Positions 44,701 through 57,633 of a stretch of 64,000 nucleotides of DNA are shown one piece after another. The translations under genes were made by a program, and so were the position numbers. The notes beneath the pieces were generated by a model. It was not told where the DNA came from, searched no databases, and saw only the letters and a program-made list of their open reading frames with translations. The stretch spans positions 1 to 64,000 of the forward strand of contig JAUCBJ010007214.1 in the NCBI GenBank assembly GCA_032718475.1. The letters are read 5' to 3'. Within the stretch, counting starts at the first letter, position 1. Each line of letters opens with the position of its first letter. Source of the DNA: Nemertoderma westbladi (Eukaryota > Animalia > Xenacoelomorpha).

Positions 44701-45259
44701 TGTGACGGGATCTAAGAAGGATCCCGGTTTATCCGCGGTTATTGTATTTACGCGTCCCCGCCATGTGTGTGTGAAAAGAGTCTGGGAATTCTGACGTTAT
44801 TGATCCTCCGATATGTATAATGCGATAGATAGTATAAAATGGATATAGTATAAAATGGTTGAAACCCAAATGATGTAATACAGTAGTGTACAGGTAAATG
44901 GTGGTAGGCGAGGATGGTAATAGAAGTCTCCGCTCTACCCTAGCTAACCGACTAACATAAATGAGATAACTGAACTGAATACTGATACCTAATAATATAT
45001 ATTGCACGGTTTGGCCATTGTTACAGTACCTAGCCGGTGCCTTCCTCCCATTGGCTAATATCCCTGTTGGCGCCCTTTGGAGTGTTTCCCCTCACTCCTG
45101 CTATTTTCTCTCGGTCAGGGGTATGGCCCCTGACCCCTATAATGTGTTTCTCCTTCCCACTCTGTTGGGGTGGCACGAGGTTGGGTAATTAACCTCGTGC
45201 TCCCAATATTGCTTAACGGATTACTTTGTGGGGTGTTAGCGGAATTGAATAAGCTAACA
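44701..45259 (-). repeat. 5' LTR of element B
   Basis: TATA-like ATATATATTA (~44993-45002) with a TCAGTT initiator-like motif ~25 nt downstream (44973-44978) on the minus strand. Confidence 0.96.
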
Positions 45260-47427
45260 TTTTGTCTATTGTTCTGGTAAGAACAATAATAGATTTTAGT
45301 TTCTTTATTGCACCGTAGGCAATAAAATCGAATGTACCGGTCGGACGGTGAACTGTAGGCCTAACTACCCGAACCGGTACTTACAGGTATCAGTATTATT
45401 TCGATTGTGAAATATTGTATATTGTAGGCTGTTAGGGGATAAGGGATTGATCACCCCTTATTCCTTTGTATGGTTTACTTATTTCTGTCAGTTTTATTTA
45501 TCTGTAAGTGTAATATTGAGCAGAAGGCGTGTAAGCCTGCTCAGATTGTACAAATAATTTGTAGGCCGGATTGTTGTCTAGCTGTTGTTAGGTCTGAAGC
45601 GATTGCAGTATGTGTGGAGTGTCTGTCCGATAAAGTACTAGTTAGGAAGGTGGGGGCATCCAGTGTTGTAAGGTAAATCCCCCCCGAAAGAATAAGTCGT
45701 ACTACTCGGTTAGAACGCCTACTAACTAACCATTTCGGAGTCTGCATATACTGTAGTTTATTTAGGCTTGACAGTAGTCTGCCAGCATTTGGTCTGTGTT
45801 TTGTTTGTATAGTCTGCACGGGTAGTGCAATATTTATTAGTCAGAGTCTATGCGAGTATTCGCAACCACCAACTCCCCAAGTTTATTCCTACAGTAATTG
45901 TGCTTGTTATACATACCGTTATAGTTGAATTAACCCCGGTACTACATCAGGGCTGCTTAGCATAGGTAAAGACTGGTGATTTTGTGCTCCGGTCACTCCA
46001 GCAGATACCGTAGTTCTTTTGACTGTTCAAGTATATTTAACTGCTGGTTATTTGTTGTATAAGTACTTGTACCTAATTTAGGGTTTAGTGTACAGTGCTT
46101 TCCGAAAGTAATTTGGTGTGTAGGCAGTATATTTGTGTTGTAAAGTGGTTAATAGGCACGTTAGCTCTGGTTGGCTGCGGTAATTAACTTCTAGGTAAGG
46201 ACACTCCGGGTACATAACGTAGTACTTATAGAGCTAAGACTATAAGTCGTCAGACGGTGGTATTTCCTTATCTGGACAACGCAATTTACTTACTACTGCT
46301 TTATTGTTTTCAAATACCGTAGATTCCTGTCAGTTTGTAAGAACCAGAAATTCTAACTCCTTGTTAGGCTGGTTTGTAGATTTCTTGTAAAATTACCCTA
46401 AAAAATTGTATGTGTAACTTTTTAGTGTTTATTTAGAGATTGTAATCTCAAACTGTAATTGTAAGTAATTTGTAGTGATAAGTAACTTAGTAAAGTAGAA
46501 TTATTCGTTTTAGTATCCAACAAGTAGCACTCCACTGAGAGCGTTCAGCTTCTGTGTAGTGACTCCTTACCCAGAAATAATAACATTTATTTCAAATATT
46601 GTCAAAAACCCATTGTACGGGTATATATATATATTATAAATCAACTCAACCGATTTATAAAATAGTAGGCCTGTTATACATCAATTAGGTCTTAATATCA
46701 GTTGGACTACTGCTTAATAACAGTAACAAGTAAAAGGGAAATAACCCTTAAAATTCAGAAATTCAGTTATTATAAAATAATTTACATTACCGGTATTTAC
46801 GGTAGGCTTATTATATATATTTATATGAATTTAGGCTGAAATTATATACCAGTATTCTGTGACTAAACCTAGTCTGTAATAATACTTATATATATACTAT
46901 AAGTGTATACCGGTATTTTAATATATTATATATATATCACATTACACTGAGTAACGGTATCGGTAATTAATCACTAGGCTTACAGTTGATACTGAATTAC
47001 TAGACTTACTTTAACTGTCGTTATAGTAGTAGGCATTCAACTGTAATATAAATCATGGCTGACACAAAACAAACACTGTCAGATAGTCTCCTAGGAAGAA
47101 CAGTCTGTGACTCAGATAGGAGTATAGAAAATCTGAGTCCAAGTCCCCTCCTACTGTAAGAAAGGTCATCCCTACAGTAGTAGTATCAGACCCTAGGCTA
47201 GTAAAGCACCATAGGTCTATCATAGGCACTAGGGCTCAAGTCAAGCGGGACCAAGAGGCAGCTGTTAAACAGCAGCAGCACCCTAACCGGGAACTTATTT
47301 CTCAGCGGCCCGATAACTCCAGTAGTTCAGACACTGTAGAGTTGACACCCGAAATCGGAGCAAGGATGGCAGAAGCAGTTTATCCGGATCCACTTCTAAT
47401 TCTTCTGGGGCCGTACTCACTAGAGTA

Positions 47428-49137
47428 TTGATCGCTGTGGAAGAACATCAAATCGATTGGGCGAGAAGTAAGCGATCGACCAGGGACAGTTATGCGGGAT
47501 ACACGATGGAGGAACTGAAGTCTATTGTCGAGACGCAATGGAACTTCCCCAGACCCGGACTCCCGTTTAACTTATCAGAAGCTGCCTGGGAGGACTTATA
47601 CAGGATGGGAGTAGTAAAGGACACTCGAGATCTAGCTGTGTGGAAGAGGTTGGTAGCAGGATATGTCCAGGGATTCTTCAGCTCTTTGGAGCGATTAGAG
47701 GAACACCTGTTTCAACAACATCAAGGGCCTCAAGAGCAGGGAGAGCTGCTTTATCAAGTGCGAGAACGAATTTTACGGATCAGACTAATCCTTTCGGCCT
47801 TTGAGGAAGCCTCGAAGAGAAGCCAAGACACGTCGTTGCAAGTGACTGTAAAGACTTGGTTCCAACGGGTGAGTCTTAAAGTCCAGGGAACGACACAATG
47901 GAAAGCTCAGCTAACCGAGCGCATGACCCACGGAGAATCAACAGATGCTACCTTTTTTCAGGTGGAAGGCGAAGTTACATCCGAGAAACCTCAGAAGAAG
48001 GATGCTATTGACATCTATCTGTCGGACTATCAACGATTTATAGGTGACAAAGAGTTAAGGAGACGGCTAGCTGGACTTCACCCTAATAGTGAGGGAGCCA
48101 AATTTGTGTTGGACTCGTTAGATGCGGAAATATTAGCCGCGGAGCAGGCTAAATTTGATGAAAGTGTCCTCATGGCAATGGATCAAGAAGAACAATTAAA
48201 GAAACGGCAAATAGAAGACCGAAGGTCAGCGGCAGCGGCAGAATCTGAGAGGAAGGCGTCAGCTGCAGAGGCTGAAAGAAAAGCGGCAGCAGCAGCAGCA
48301 GCAGCAGAATCTGAGAGGAAGGCATTAGCTGCAGAGGCTGAAAGAAAGGCGGCAGTGGCAGAAGCAGAACTGAAGGCGTCTGAAGCGACTACCCAACTAG
48401 AACTGGAGAACCTTCAGGCGAAACAAGATTACTTGAAGAAACAGAGAACAGCTACTCAGATACAGCTGCTAAGTCGATCTACTCCCAGGAGACAGGGATT
48501 TACATCCTCTGATGAAGGCGATACAACAAATCCTGAAGGTAGAGGAAATAAATCTCGTTCAAGAGGACGTAGAAGAGCGCCACACCGTCAGAAGTTACCT
48601 AATTTACCTCCGCGGTGAGAAGGCAACTGGCTAGTGTAGACTTAGGTAATCCTGAACCCACAGACCAAATTATTAGAGTAGAAAGACTCCATACTATAGT
48701 AGATGAGCCTGAAATAATTAGGCCTGTTCTCAAAGCAACTCCCTCTGTGATAGAGACACCTGTACTTCCAAAACCTAACTCTAAATTCCCTTTGCACAGT
48801 ACTAAACTACCTGTGCCCAGTTGAACAGCCCCTGAATCACTCCCGGTCCTGGACGCCGAGCAAGACATAAACGATTTGTCGCCCGTCGTCCTTACTCGTC
48901 AACCCGCTACTATGTTGGCGGCTCCCGCTTCGGCGGTGGATTGGGTAGACGAGGGACGGCGGGGGATGAATCTCCTGCTCAGGCAGCTGGAAGACCATAA
49001 TCAAAGGTCTTTTCAGCAGGTCTGAGAATTGGAAGGGACTGTTCAGCAGTTAAAGGGAACAGTAAGAGAGAGTAGGTTAGAGTTGCAAGAAGTGCAGCAG
49101 AGTATTGCTTTAGAGCGAGATAAATTAGTAATTATGA
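47428..49137 (+). pseudogene. gag: First, partial gag copy in element C
   Basis: ORFs 47428-48618 and 48615-48824 are homologous to the Gag N-terminus of A. Confidence 0.9.
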
Positions 49138-49147
49138 TAAATTAGTG

Positions 49148-52100
49148 AGGAAGCCTCAAAGAGAAACCAAGTACCGTAAAGACTTGGTTCCAACAGGTGA
49201 GTCTTAAAGTCCAGGGAACGACACAATGGAAAGTTCAGCTAACTGAGCGCATGACCCACGGAGAATCAACAGACGCTACCTTTTCTCAGGTGGAAGGCGA
49301 AGCTACATCCGAGAAACCTCAGAAGAAGGATGCTATTGACATCTATCTGTCGGACTATCAACGATTTATAGGTGACAAAGAGCTAAGGAGAAGGCTAGCT
49401 GGACTTCACCCCAATAGTGAGGGAGCCAAATTTGTGTTGGACTCTTTAGATGCGGAAATATTAGCTGCGGAGCAGGCTAAATTTGATGAAAGCATCCTCA
49501 TCGTAATGGACCAAGAAGAAAAAATAAAGAAAAGGCAAATAGAAGACCGAAAGTTAGCAGTGGAGGCGGCAGCGGCAGCGGCAGCGGCAGCGGCAGCGGA
49601 AGAAGCTGAAAGAAAGGCGGCAGTAGCAGAGGCCGAAAGAAAGGCGGTAGCGGCAGCGGCAGTAGCAGAAGCAGAACGGAGAGCATCTGAAGCGACAGAC
49701 CAACTCGAGCTAGAGAACCTTCAGGCGAAACAAGATTACTTAACTAAACAAAGAGCTGCTACTCAGATGCAACTACTGAGTCGATCAACTCCCAGAAGAC
49801 AGGTATTTACCTCTTCCGATGAGGGTGATACAACGGATCCCAAGGGTGGAGGTAATAAATCTCATTCAAGCGGACGTAGAAGAACGCCACACCGGCAGAA
49901 GTTACCTAATTTACCTCCTGCGGTGAGAAGGCAACTAGCTAATGTAGATGTAAGTAATCAGGAGCCTATAGACCGAATTATTAGAGTAGACAGACTCCCT
50001 ACTATAGTAGATGAGCCTGAAATAATTAGGCCTGTCATTGAAGCCACTCCGGTGATAGAGACCCCTGTACTTCCCGAACCTAATTCTAAATTCCCTTTGC
50101 ACAGTACTAAACTACCTGTGCCCAGTAGACAAGCCCCTGAACCACATCCAGTCCTGGACGCCGAGCAAGACATAAATGACTTGTCTCCCATCGTCCCTAT
50201 GCGTCACCCCACTACCATGTTGGCGGCTCCCGCTTCAGCGGTGGAGTGGGTGGACGAGGGACAACGGGGGATGAATCGGCTGTTCGGGCAGCTGGAAGAC
50301 CATAATCAAAGGTCTTTTCAGCAGGTCTGAGAATTGGAAGGGACTGTTCAGCAGTTAAAGGGAACAGTAAGAGAGAGTAGGTTAGAGTTGCAAGAAGTGC
50401 AGCAGAGTATTGCTTTAGAGCGAGATAAATTAGTAAATATACAAATGGGTATACCACCACCCTGTAACAATGTGTCAACCTGTTAGGTCTGAAGTATTTC
50501 ATGCGCAAGGTGTAGAGCCTACACGCATCTATACTGCTAGTGAAGTAGAAACTCCTATAGTAAACCCTATTAAGGGTAATTATTATAAACCTGTTGATAA
50601 TGATATTCCATATAGACCTGATCATAATCCGAGAAATTTATATACTGATAACTCGATATTAAATAATACGATGGCCCAAGAAAGTCTTACGCGTCAAATG
50701 GCTAGAACCGAAGCCCGTCAAGAGGTAAAGCTGGGAGAGGTCGTCAAGTTCAATGGAGATGAGATGAAATGGTTACCTTTTAATGAATATTATAAAGATA
50801 ACATACAGAACTCTGTACTATCTAACGGAGAGAAACTTAGATTCCTCATCGACTGCTTGGAAGGACCTCCCAAGTTAATGGCGTTAAAGTTTATTGGACA
50901 TCCAGATGGATTAAGACAAGTTTGGGATACACTAAACATCAGGTATGGTAATAGGACTAACATAGCTAGGTATTTGTATGTAAAATTAATGGCGCCCCGA
51001 AAGTTTCTTAGCAGGGGGATTATAGAGTTTTCCGACGAGATTCAGGAGATCTGTAGACAGTTAGACTGGTTGGGTAAGTCTCATGAATCCCAGAATTCTA
51101 TGGTTGTAGGAGCCTTAGCATCAACTTTGCCAAAGGGTGGAGTAGGTACTCGCTGGGACAAAGGTAACACCAGTGTGTTGTACAGACGATGGCGAAAGCC
51201 AAACCTCATACGAGGAAAACAGCGGTAAAGACACCGAAAGATCTTATTATGTCAATAAAACTAGGAAAGACGTAAGTAAATCTAAGTCTCGAAGCAGTGA
51301 CACGAGAGAACAGGTAACAACTCCTCCTACGTCTCCTAAGAGATTTCATGGAAGAAAGCCCGAGGAAAGAACCAGTATGCACCACACAGCACAGGTTAAA
51401 GTAAGTAACATCAAGCCCAAATGTGTATTGTGCGACGGGCCACATCGCTTGAGTGGGTGTGATGAATTCTTGAAGAAATCACTGAAGGATAGACATGATG
51501 TCATGTGGGATAAGCAGTTGTGTTATAATTGCCTCAGACGAGGACACCAATGGTGGACCTGTTACTCAGATGCTAGGTGTGCTAAGTGCGGCGCGAAGCA
51601 TCATATCTTGCTGCACACAGAATTTGACGGAACCCGCACGAGTCAGGTAGTGAGCCCGAACTACATGTCCAATTCGGTGATATGAACGACACTGACCACA
51701 GCTCTGAGATGGAAGGATTCTACACGGACGAATTCTCCGACGAAAACGAATCCTGTTATATGATAAACACCGCAGTGTATCGAGCAATTACGTATGAGAC
51801 TGAAACGAGAGAAGAAGATCCTCAACTGACTAATCCGGACCAGCAACCATCTTGGAAAGTGCCGACTTCCAACGTCGGAATCCGGGAATTCCCTGTGGTG
51901 CAGCTGAGAGTCCACGGACTAGAGAAAAGTTTGATAGTAAACGCCCTCCTTGACTCCGGCAGCACAGGTACATTCATCGACAAAGAACTAGCCGAAGACT
52001 TCTTTGCTGGACAACCCAAGTTCCAAACTAAGTTGAACCTTTCAGGAATTATGCAGGTTTGGAAATCCACACTAGCTACCGATTACTATGTGGGTGCGTT

Positions 52101-52449
52101 GTCCACTCCCCAGGATGAACTAGGAGAACATAGCATAATGTCAGTAAAAATGGTGGCGATAAAGAACTTTGCTAACAGCCAAGTGGAACCTTACAACTGT
52201 GATGAAGACCATTTTACCCAGCAGCATGATATCCCTAGATTCAACACCAACTACCCAGGGGTGCAGATATTAATCGGCCAAAATGCGCACAAGGCGCTTG
52301 AGACATTAGAAAAACGGCCTGCTCGACCGCAACCATTACAAGCGTACGCGGGAAGAACGAGAGTAGGTTGGTACTTCACTGGACCTTCCCATAGAACACT
52401 AATGGAAAGACTCCCTCGTGAAAGGATACATCAGGTGAGTGAATGGTAA
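49148..52449 (+). pseudogene. gag: Second gag copy + protease in element C
   Basis: ORFs 49197-50330, 50470-51228, 51173-51685 (knuckles) and 51682-52449 (LLDSGS). Confidence 0.92.
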
Positions 52450-52737
52450 GAAGAAATCAGTGAGGGAGAAACCACAACTGAGGGAACACCATACTCCTCA
52501 GATAATGACGATATTAACCAATTATACGATGAGGAAAATACAATTGACCTCCTCACCGAAAATGAAACTTGGTTAAACCAAGTAAATCTGTGCCATCTCA
52601 TCAATCATGGCGGACAATTCAACTACAACGACGAATTGAACGAAGTGGTAGAGTGATACAACAATAAAATTCGCGATGAACACGCCGTATGATTCTTTAC
52701 TCAAGAAGCCGTAGAGCCTAATTCCTACGACAAGGCC

Positions 52738-54369
52738 TTGTCCGTTGTGGAAGCGATTCAGGAAATGACTACCCGTTTTCTTAAGGATGAAGGTTGCTAT
52801 GAGATTGGACTTCCGTTCCGACGGCGAGAACCCAACTTTATAAATAACCGACCTTTAGCGGAAAAGAGAATCGCGCAACTACATCGGCGTCTTACGGCCA
52901 ATGTTTCAGCTAGGGAAATGTATAAAACCCAGCTGAAGAAATTTATCAACAAGGGATACGCGGAGCGAGTACTGGAAGAAACACCCATAACTGAGAGAAC
53001 GTATTATCTAAAACATCATTACGTTTCCAAACCCGGTAAACCCAATGAAGACCGGGTAGTGTTCGACGGCTTCGCCCTTTACATGGGCCAATCCCTGAAC
53101 TCCGAATTGTTGCCGGGACCCAACTTACTCCAATCCTTGTTGGGAATACTATTAAGATTACGGCAATATTCTATCGCTTTCGCTTCGGATATAGAAGGCA
53201 TGTTCTTACAAGTCAAGGTGCTGGATAGGGATCGAGACAGCCTACGATTTCTGTGGTGGCCTGAAGGAGACCTCAACCAAAAATTGGTGGAGTACTGGAT
53301 GACCATCCAGGCTTTTGGGATCATCTCGAGCTCCTTGAATGCTTGTTCAGTAGTGCGTACCACTGCTGATGACAACCGAGACGCCTTCTCTAAAGCGGTT
53401 ATCGACAACATCAAATGGGATATATACATGGACGACAATTTAAAGTCCCTCCCATCGGTGGAAGAAGCCATTGATGTTGCCAAGGGAACAGTGGAGTGCT
53501 TGCAATGCGGTGGATTTCGACTAACCAAATTCACTAGTAACTCCCGTGAGTTTCTGGAATTGATCCCGGTAGAAGACCGAGGTGTTAAAGATCTGGACCT
53601 CATCAAGGACGATCTTCCGGAAACCAAAACCCTTGGTTTAAAATGGGACATGGACAGAGATATCTTGTTTTTCCAGTTAAAACAGCGCGATAATCCAGTT
53701 AGAACTAAACGGATTTGTCTAAGTATCCTGAGCACTTATTTCGATCCATTGGGATTTATTAGTCCAGTTATATTGGTTGCTCGGAGCTTAGTGCAACAAA
53801 TGTGGCTTGAAAACCACTCGTGGGATGATCCACTTAAGGGAGAACTACTAAAGAAGTGGATGAAATGGGAAGATCCTCTACCATCCATCGAGAACTTTAC
53901 GATTTCCTGTTCATATTTTGGTCACGTTCTCCCCACGTATTCCTATCAACTCCATGTGTTTGGAGACGCCAGCGATATGGGAATAGGTATAGTAGCCTAC
54001 CTGAGGGTTGAAACTCCAGATGGAATTAAAGTTGCCTTGGTCACCTCTAAGGCCTTGATAAACAACAAACTACGAGTTCCTCGAGCGGAGTTAAAGGCGG
54101 CTCTGTACGCTACAGCCATCGGCCGGAATGTAACAGAACAGATTGACTATCCACTGGAGAAAACTGTCTATTGGACTGATGCTTTACTCGTTTTGGAGTA
54201 TATAACAAATGAAGTCTGTCAGTTCAGCGTCTTCGTTACCAACAGAGTAGCCATTATACTTAGTCGCTCTAATGTAGATCAATGGAGACATTGCCCTGGG
54301 ACGATTAATCCAGCCGACATCGCCTCTAGAGGAGCAACCCCGCAAGAACTGATAGATACTCCAGACTAG
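52738..54369 (+). pseudogene. pol: RT + RNase H of element C
   Basis: ASDIEGMFLQV, YMDD, FDPLGF, HVFGDAS, NPADIASRG. Confidence 0.95.
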
Positions 54370-54765
54370 TTAGGTGGACCCGACTTCCTAAGTAAAGAAG
54401 AGGATGAATGGCCTCCTCATCTCACCACAGCTGAGATTAGACAAGCCAAGGGAGTGGAGAAAGTCAAACCTAAAACCCGGACGAGTAAATCAAAGTTATT
54501 TAAACCCGTGATAGATCTGTCTGTACTACACATTTCCAGGGACAATGCTGTGGATCTAAACCCCCCCCCCCCCCCACAACGAACAAATCTGTTATAGACA
54601 TCAGAGAAAGAGACTGGAAATCTGGAACACCAGACATCTCGCAGGGACTCTCACCTCTCCTGCAGAGAGCGATAAATCATTATAGCTCCTGGAATCGGCT
54701 TTGTAAGGCTGTCGTGTATCTGAAAAGATGCTTCCACCATCACTATTCCAGGACAAAGATTGCTA

Positions 54766-57569
54766 CACTGAAAAAATTGTTCGGCGGTTCTTTTTTTAAC
54801 CTCTGGTATAAAATTTTCAACCGATGGTTGCTCTTTTAAAACCGCTGGTTACAAATTGGCATATGCTAAAACGGTGGTTTAAATTTTCCCAAAGTGCAGT
54901 GTTACATTGAAACGGTGGTTTAAATTTTCCCAAACTGCAGTGTTACATTGAAACGGTGGTTTAAATTTTCCCAAACTGCAGTGTTACATTGAAACGGTGG
55001 TTTTCTGGATTGTAGTTGCTATCATAAAACAGAAACAGTGTTTGACTTAGGAATAAACGGCGGTTCATATTATTTGATACAAAGTAACCGGTGGTTTAAA
55101 ACTTACATTAATCGATTGGTTGAAAAATACATATAACCGTTGATTTAAAACACAGTAAACGGTGGTTGAAAACTTAGAATAACCGGTGGTTTACAAAAAT
55201 TCAAATCACAGTTTGTTTACAACACAGTAAACGGTAGTGATCAATAACATAATATCCAATCATGTAAACAATCTTAATACGTTTGTTAAGTACGTTTTTA
55301 TGTAACATTTATCAGGTAAATATTTAACAATTGTTTAACATGATTTACATGTTTTACATTATTTATAACATAAATCAAGCATTCCCTTATATTTGTTGAA
55401 TGCTACTATATCATGTTGAACAAAAATGTGTTATAAATTACAATGTATGTCTTAGGGATGTTTGAATAAACCGCCATAAGTTGACCGCTAATTCTGCAAT
55501 TTGTTCATACTGTCATAGGCCTATCATAATTCAGTCATTTTTTGTGAAAGTGCCATTGCCATCCTGCGCTGTCCTGCAATCGCAGAATCGGTACCGGTAC
55601 AATCCTGAAATTTGATTATAGTGATGCAGTGTATCACTGGCACTGGTACAGTAGTGGTACCGGTTGCCGGTAGTACAGAACAGTACAGCAGTAGTACAGT
55701 ACTGCTGTAGTAGGGCTGTGTAGGGTAGTGTACTCTTTTTGTTTTGTAGTTGTACCGGTACTATTTCTGTATTTCTTGGATTGTAGCTATATCTGTGTGT
55801 ATATTACTGTATTATGAGTACGGTACCTGAGTACGGTATATTATATTTCTGTATTTGGTTTATTATTTTGGTTTGGTTAGGCCTATGCAGGAATGCAGCT
55901 ATGCGGTTGGTTAGTTCTGTAGTTCAGTAGTTGGCCAGGCCTTAACCCTAATTAAAACTGTCACATAGGCCAGTAGGCGTAACCGGGTGGTGAATTTTTA
56001 GGGGGGTCAGGGGTGGAAATTCTCTGCTACACCAGTACCTACCGGTGTACCTACCAGTATGCCGAGACCCGACACAACTTTAGGAGTAGGAAGGCCAATA
56101 AACGAAAGTTGTCCTCAACCACCTGTCAACACCATCAACAGCTGCTAACGATAAAGCCGGTACTGAGGTACAGTCTGACAGTTGCCTAGTAAAAGTTTAG
56201 ATCAGGTTTCAGACATATCGCCATTGGATATAGCTAAAGTTAATCTCAAGGAGCCAGATGCAAAAGTGACCAAACGGAAAGTAATAAATCGTCCCCCTTT
56301 GCTCTGCTTATCGGATGATGATAATATAGCTGAGGGATTGGAGATAGTCCCACATCCACGAGGTGCAAAGAGGAAAGTAAGCATTTTTGATTCTTCTTCT
56401 GATGATGAATCCTCGGAATTATCTTATGGATCTAAATCGTCTAGTACCTGCAGTGGTCCATCTGATAGTCGAGATGAGGGTGACTATGTTGGTGAGTTGG
56501 TTTGGGCGCGGCAACGTATAACAAAACCATTCTGGCCTGCCCGAACTGAAAGAGCTCCAGAGGGTTCCGCAATGCCCAAGCCAAAGCATCCAGGGGACAA
56601 CTTCAAGTGGATTTACTTCTTTGGTTCTAACAATTTCTCATGGATTAAAGACACTGCGGAATACATTGTTCCATATTTTGAAAATCGCGAGCAGCATGGG
56701 AAAAGGAAGGCTTCGTCTACAGTCAAATTTCTAAAGGGAATTGATGACATTGATGAAGAATATACCGCAATGTCTGTTAGGAAAAATGATTGTCCATATC
56801 AGGAAGAGTGAATGGTTCAATACATTATCATTTAAGATTTAGGAAACTGTAAATTCATTTATTCAATAATTTGATTATCATTTATATTTGATAAACATAT
56901 TTGATATTTGATATTATATTTGATATTCAATAAACCATTTATTTGAAATCTAAAACACCGACTTGATCCTCATTTGAAACCTGAAACACCGGTTGATCTT
57001 AAATTAACCACAGGTTAAACCATGTATTTGAAACCCGAAACACCGGTTGATCTTAAATTAACCACAGGTTAAACCATATATTTGAAACCTGAAACAACGG
57101 TTGATCCACATTAAACGCAGGTTTAATCATTTATTTTGAAAAAAACACCGGTTGATCTTAAATTAACCACAGGTTAAACCATATATTTGAAACCCGAAAC
57201 ACCGGTTGATCTTAAATTAACCACAGGTTAAACCATATATTTGAAACCTGAAACAACGGTTGATCCACATTAAACGCAGGTTTATCCATTTATTTTGAAA
57301 CCTAAACACCTGTTTACCTTAAATTAACCACAGGTTAAATCATTTATTTGAAACCTGAAACACCATTGAACTTAAGCACAACCACTGGTTGTTATACGAA
57401 AAACAACCTGAGGTTTAATTTATAAAATTTAACCACAGGTTATCTTTGAATCGATAAACCTCTGGTTCCTCGAATTAACCGCAGGTCAAAAATTCACCAA
57501 ATTAACCTGGGGTTATTTTCGAAAACCAGAGGTTTTTTAAAAAAGAACCACTGGTACGATTTTTCAGTG
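54766..57569. mobile_element. Non-autonomous CMC/EnSpm-like DNA transposon (CACTG...CAGTG, TA TSD) inserted in pol of C
   Basis: Imperfect TIRs CACTGAAAAA..GGTTCTTTTTT..AACCTCTGGT; TA duplicated at 54764-65 and 57570-71 (single TA in A at ~9642); dense subterminal repeats at 54800-55240 and 56940-57540; no transposase seen. Confidence 0.85.
56182..56811 (+). CDS. PWWP-domain protein (HDGF/LEDGF-type fold) carried by the DNA transposon
   Basis: GELVWARQRITKPFWPAR...WIYFFGSNNFSWI...IVPYFENREQHGK...KFLKGIDDI follows the PWWP pattern; Ser/Asp-rich N-terminal part; AATAAA at 56929. Start probably frameshifted. Confidence 0.85.
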   Translation: MPSKSLDQVSDISPLDIAKVNLKEPDAKVTKRKVINRPPLLCLSDDDNIAEGLEIVPHPRGAKRKVSIFDSSSDDESSELSYGSKSSSTCSGPSDSRDEGDYVGELVWARQRITKPFWPARTERAPEGSAMPKPKHPGDNFKWIYFFGSNNFSWIKDTAEYIVPYFENREQHGKRKASSTVKFLKGIDDIDEEYTAMSVRKNDCPYQEE

Positions 57570-57633
57570 TAGTGATACCGCTTCACTGACATCCGAGCAG
57601 GTCCATGCTATTAAAGATCTTCCCACATACAGA

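Noticed and set aside
54766-57569. Tc1/mariner assignment based on the TA TSD
   Set aside because: CACTG termini and extensive subterminal repeats fit animal CMC/EnSpm better; with no transposase present the superfamily remains provisional.
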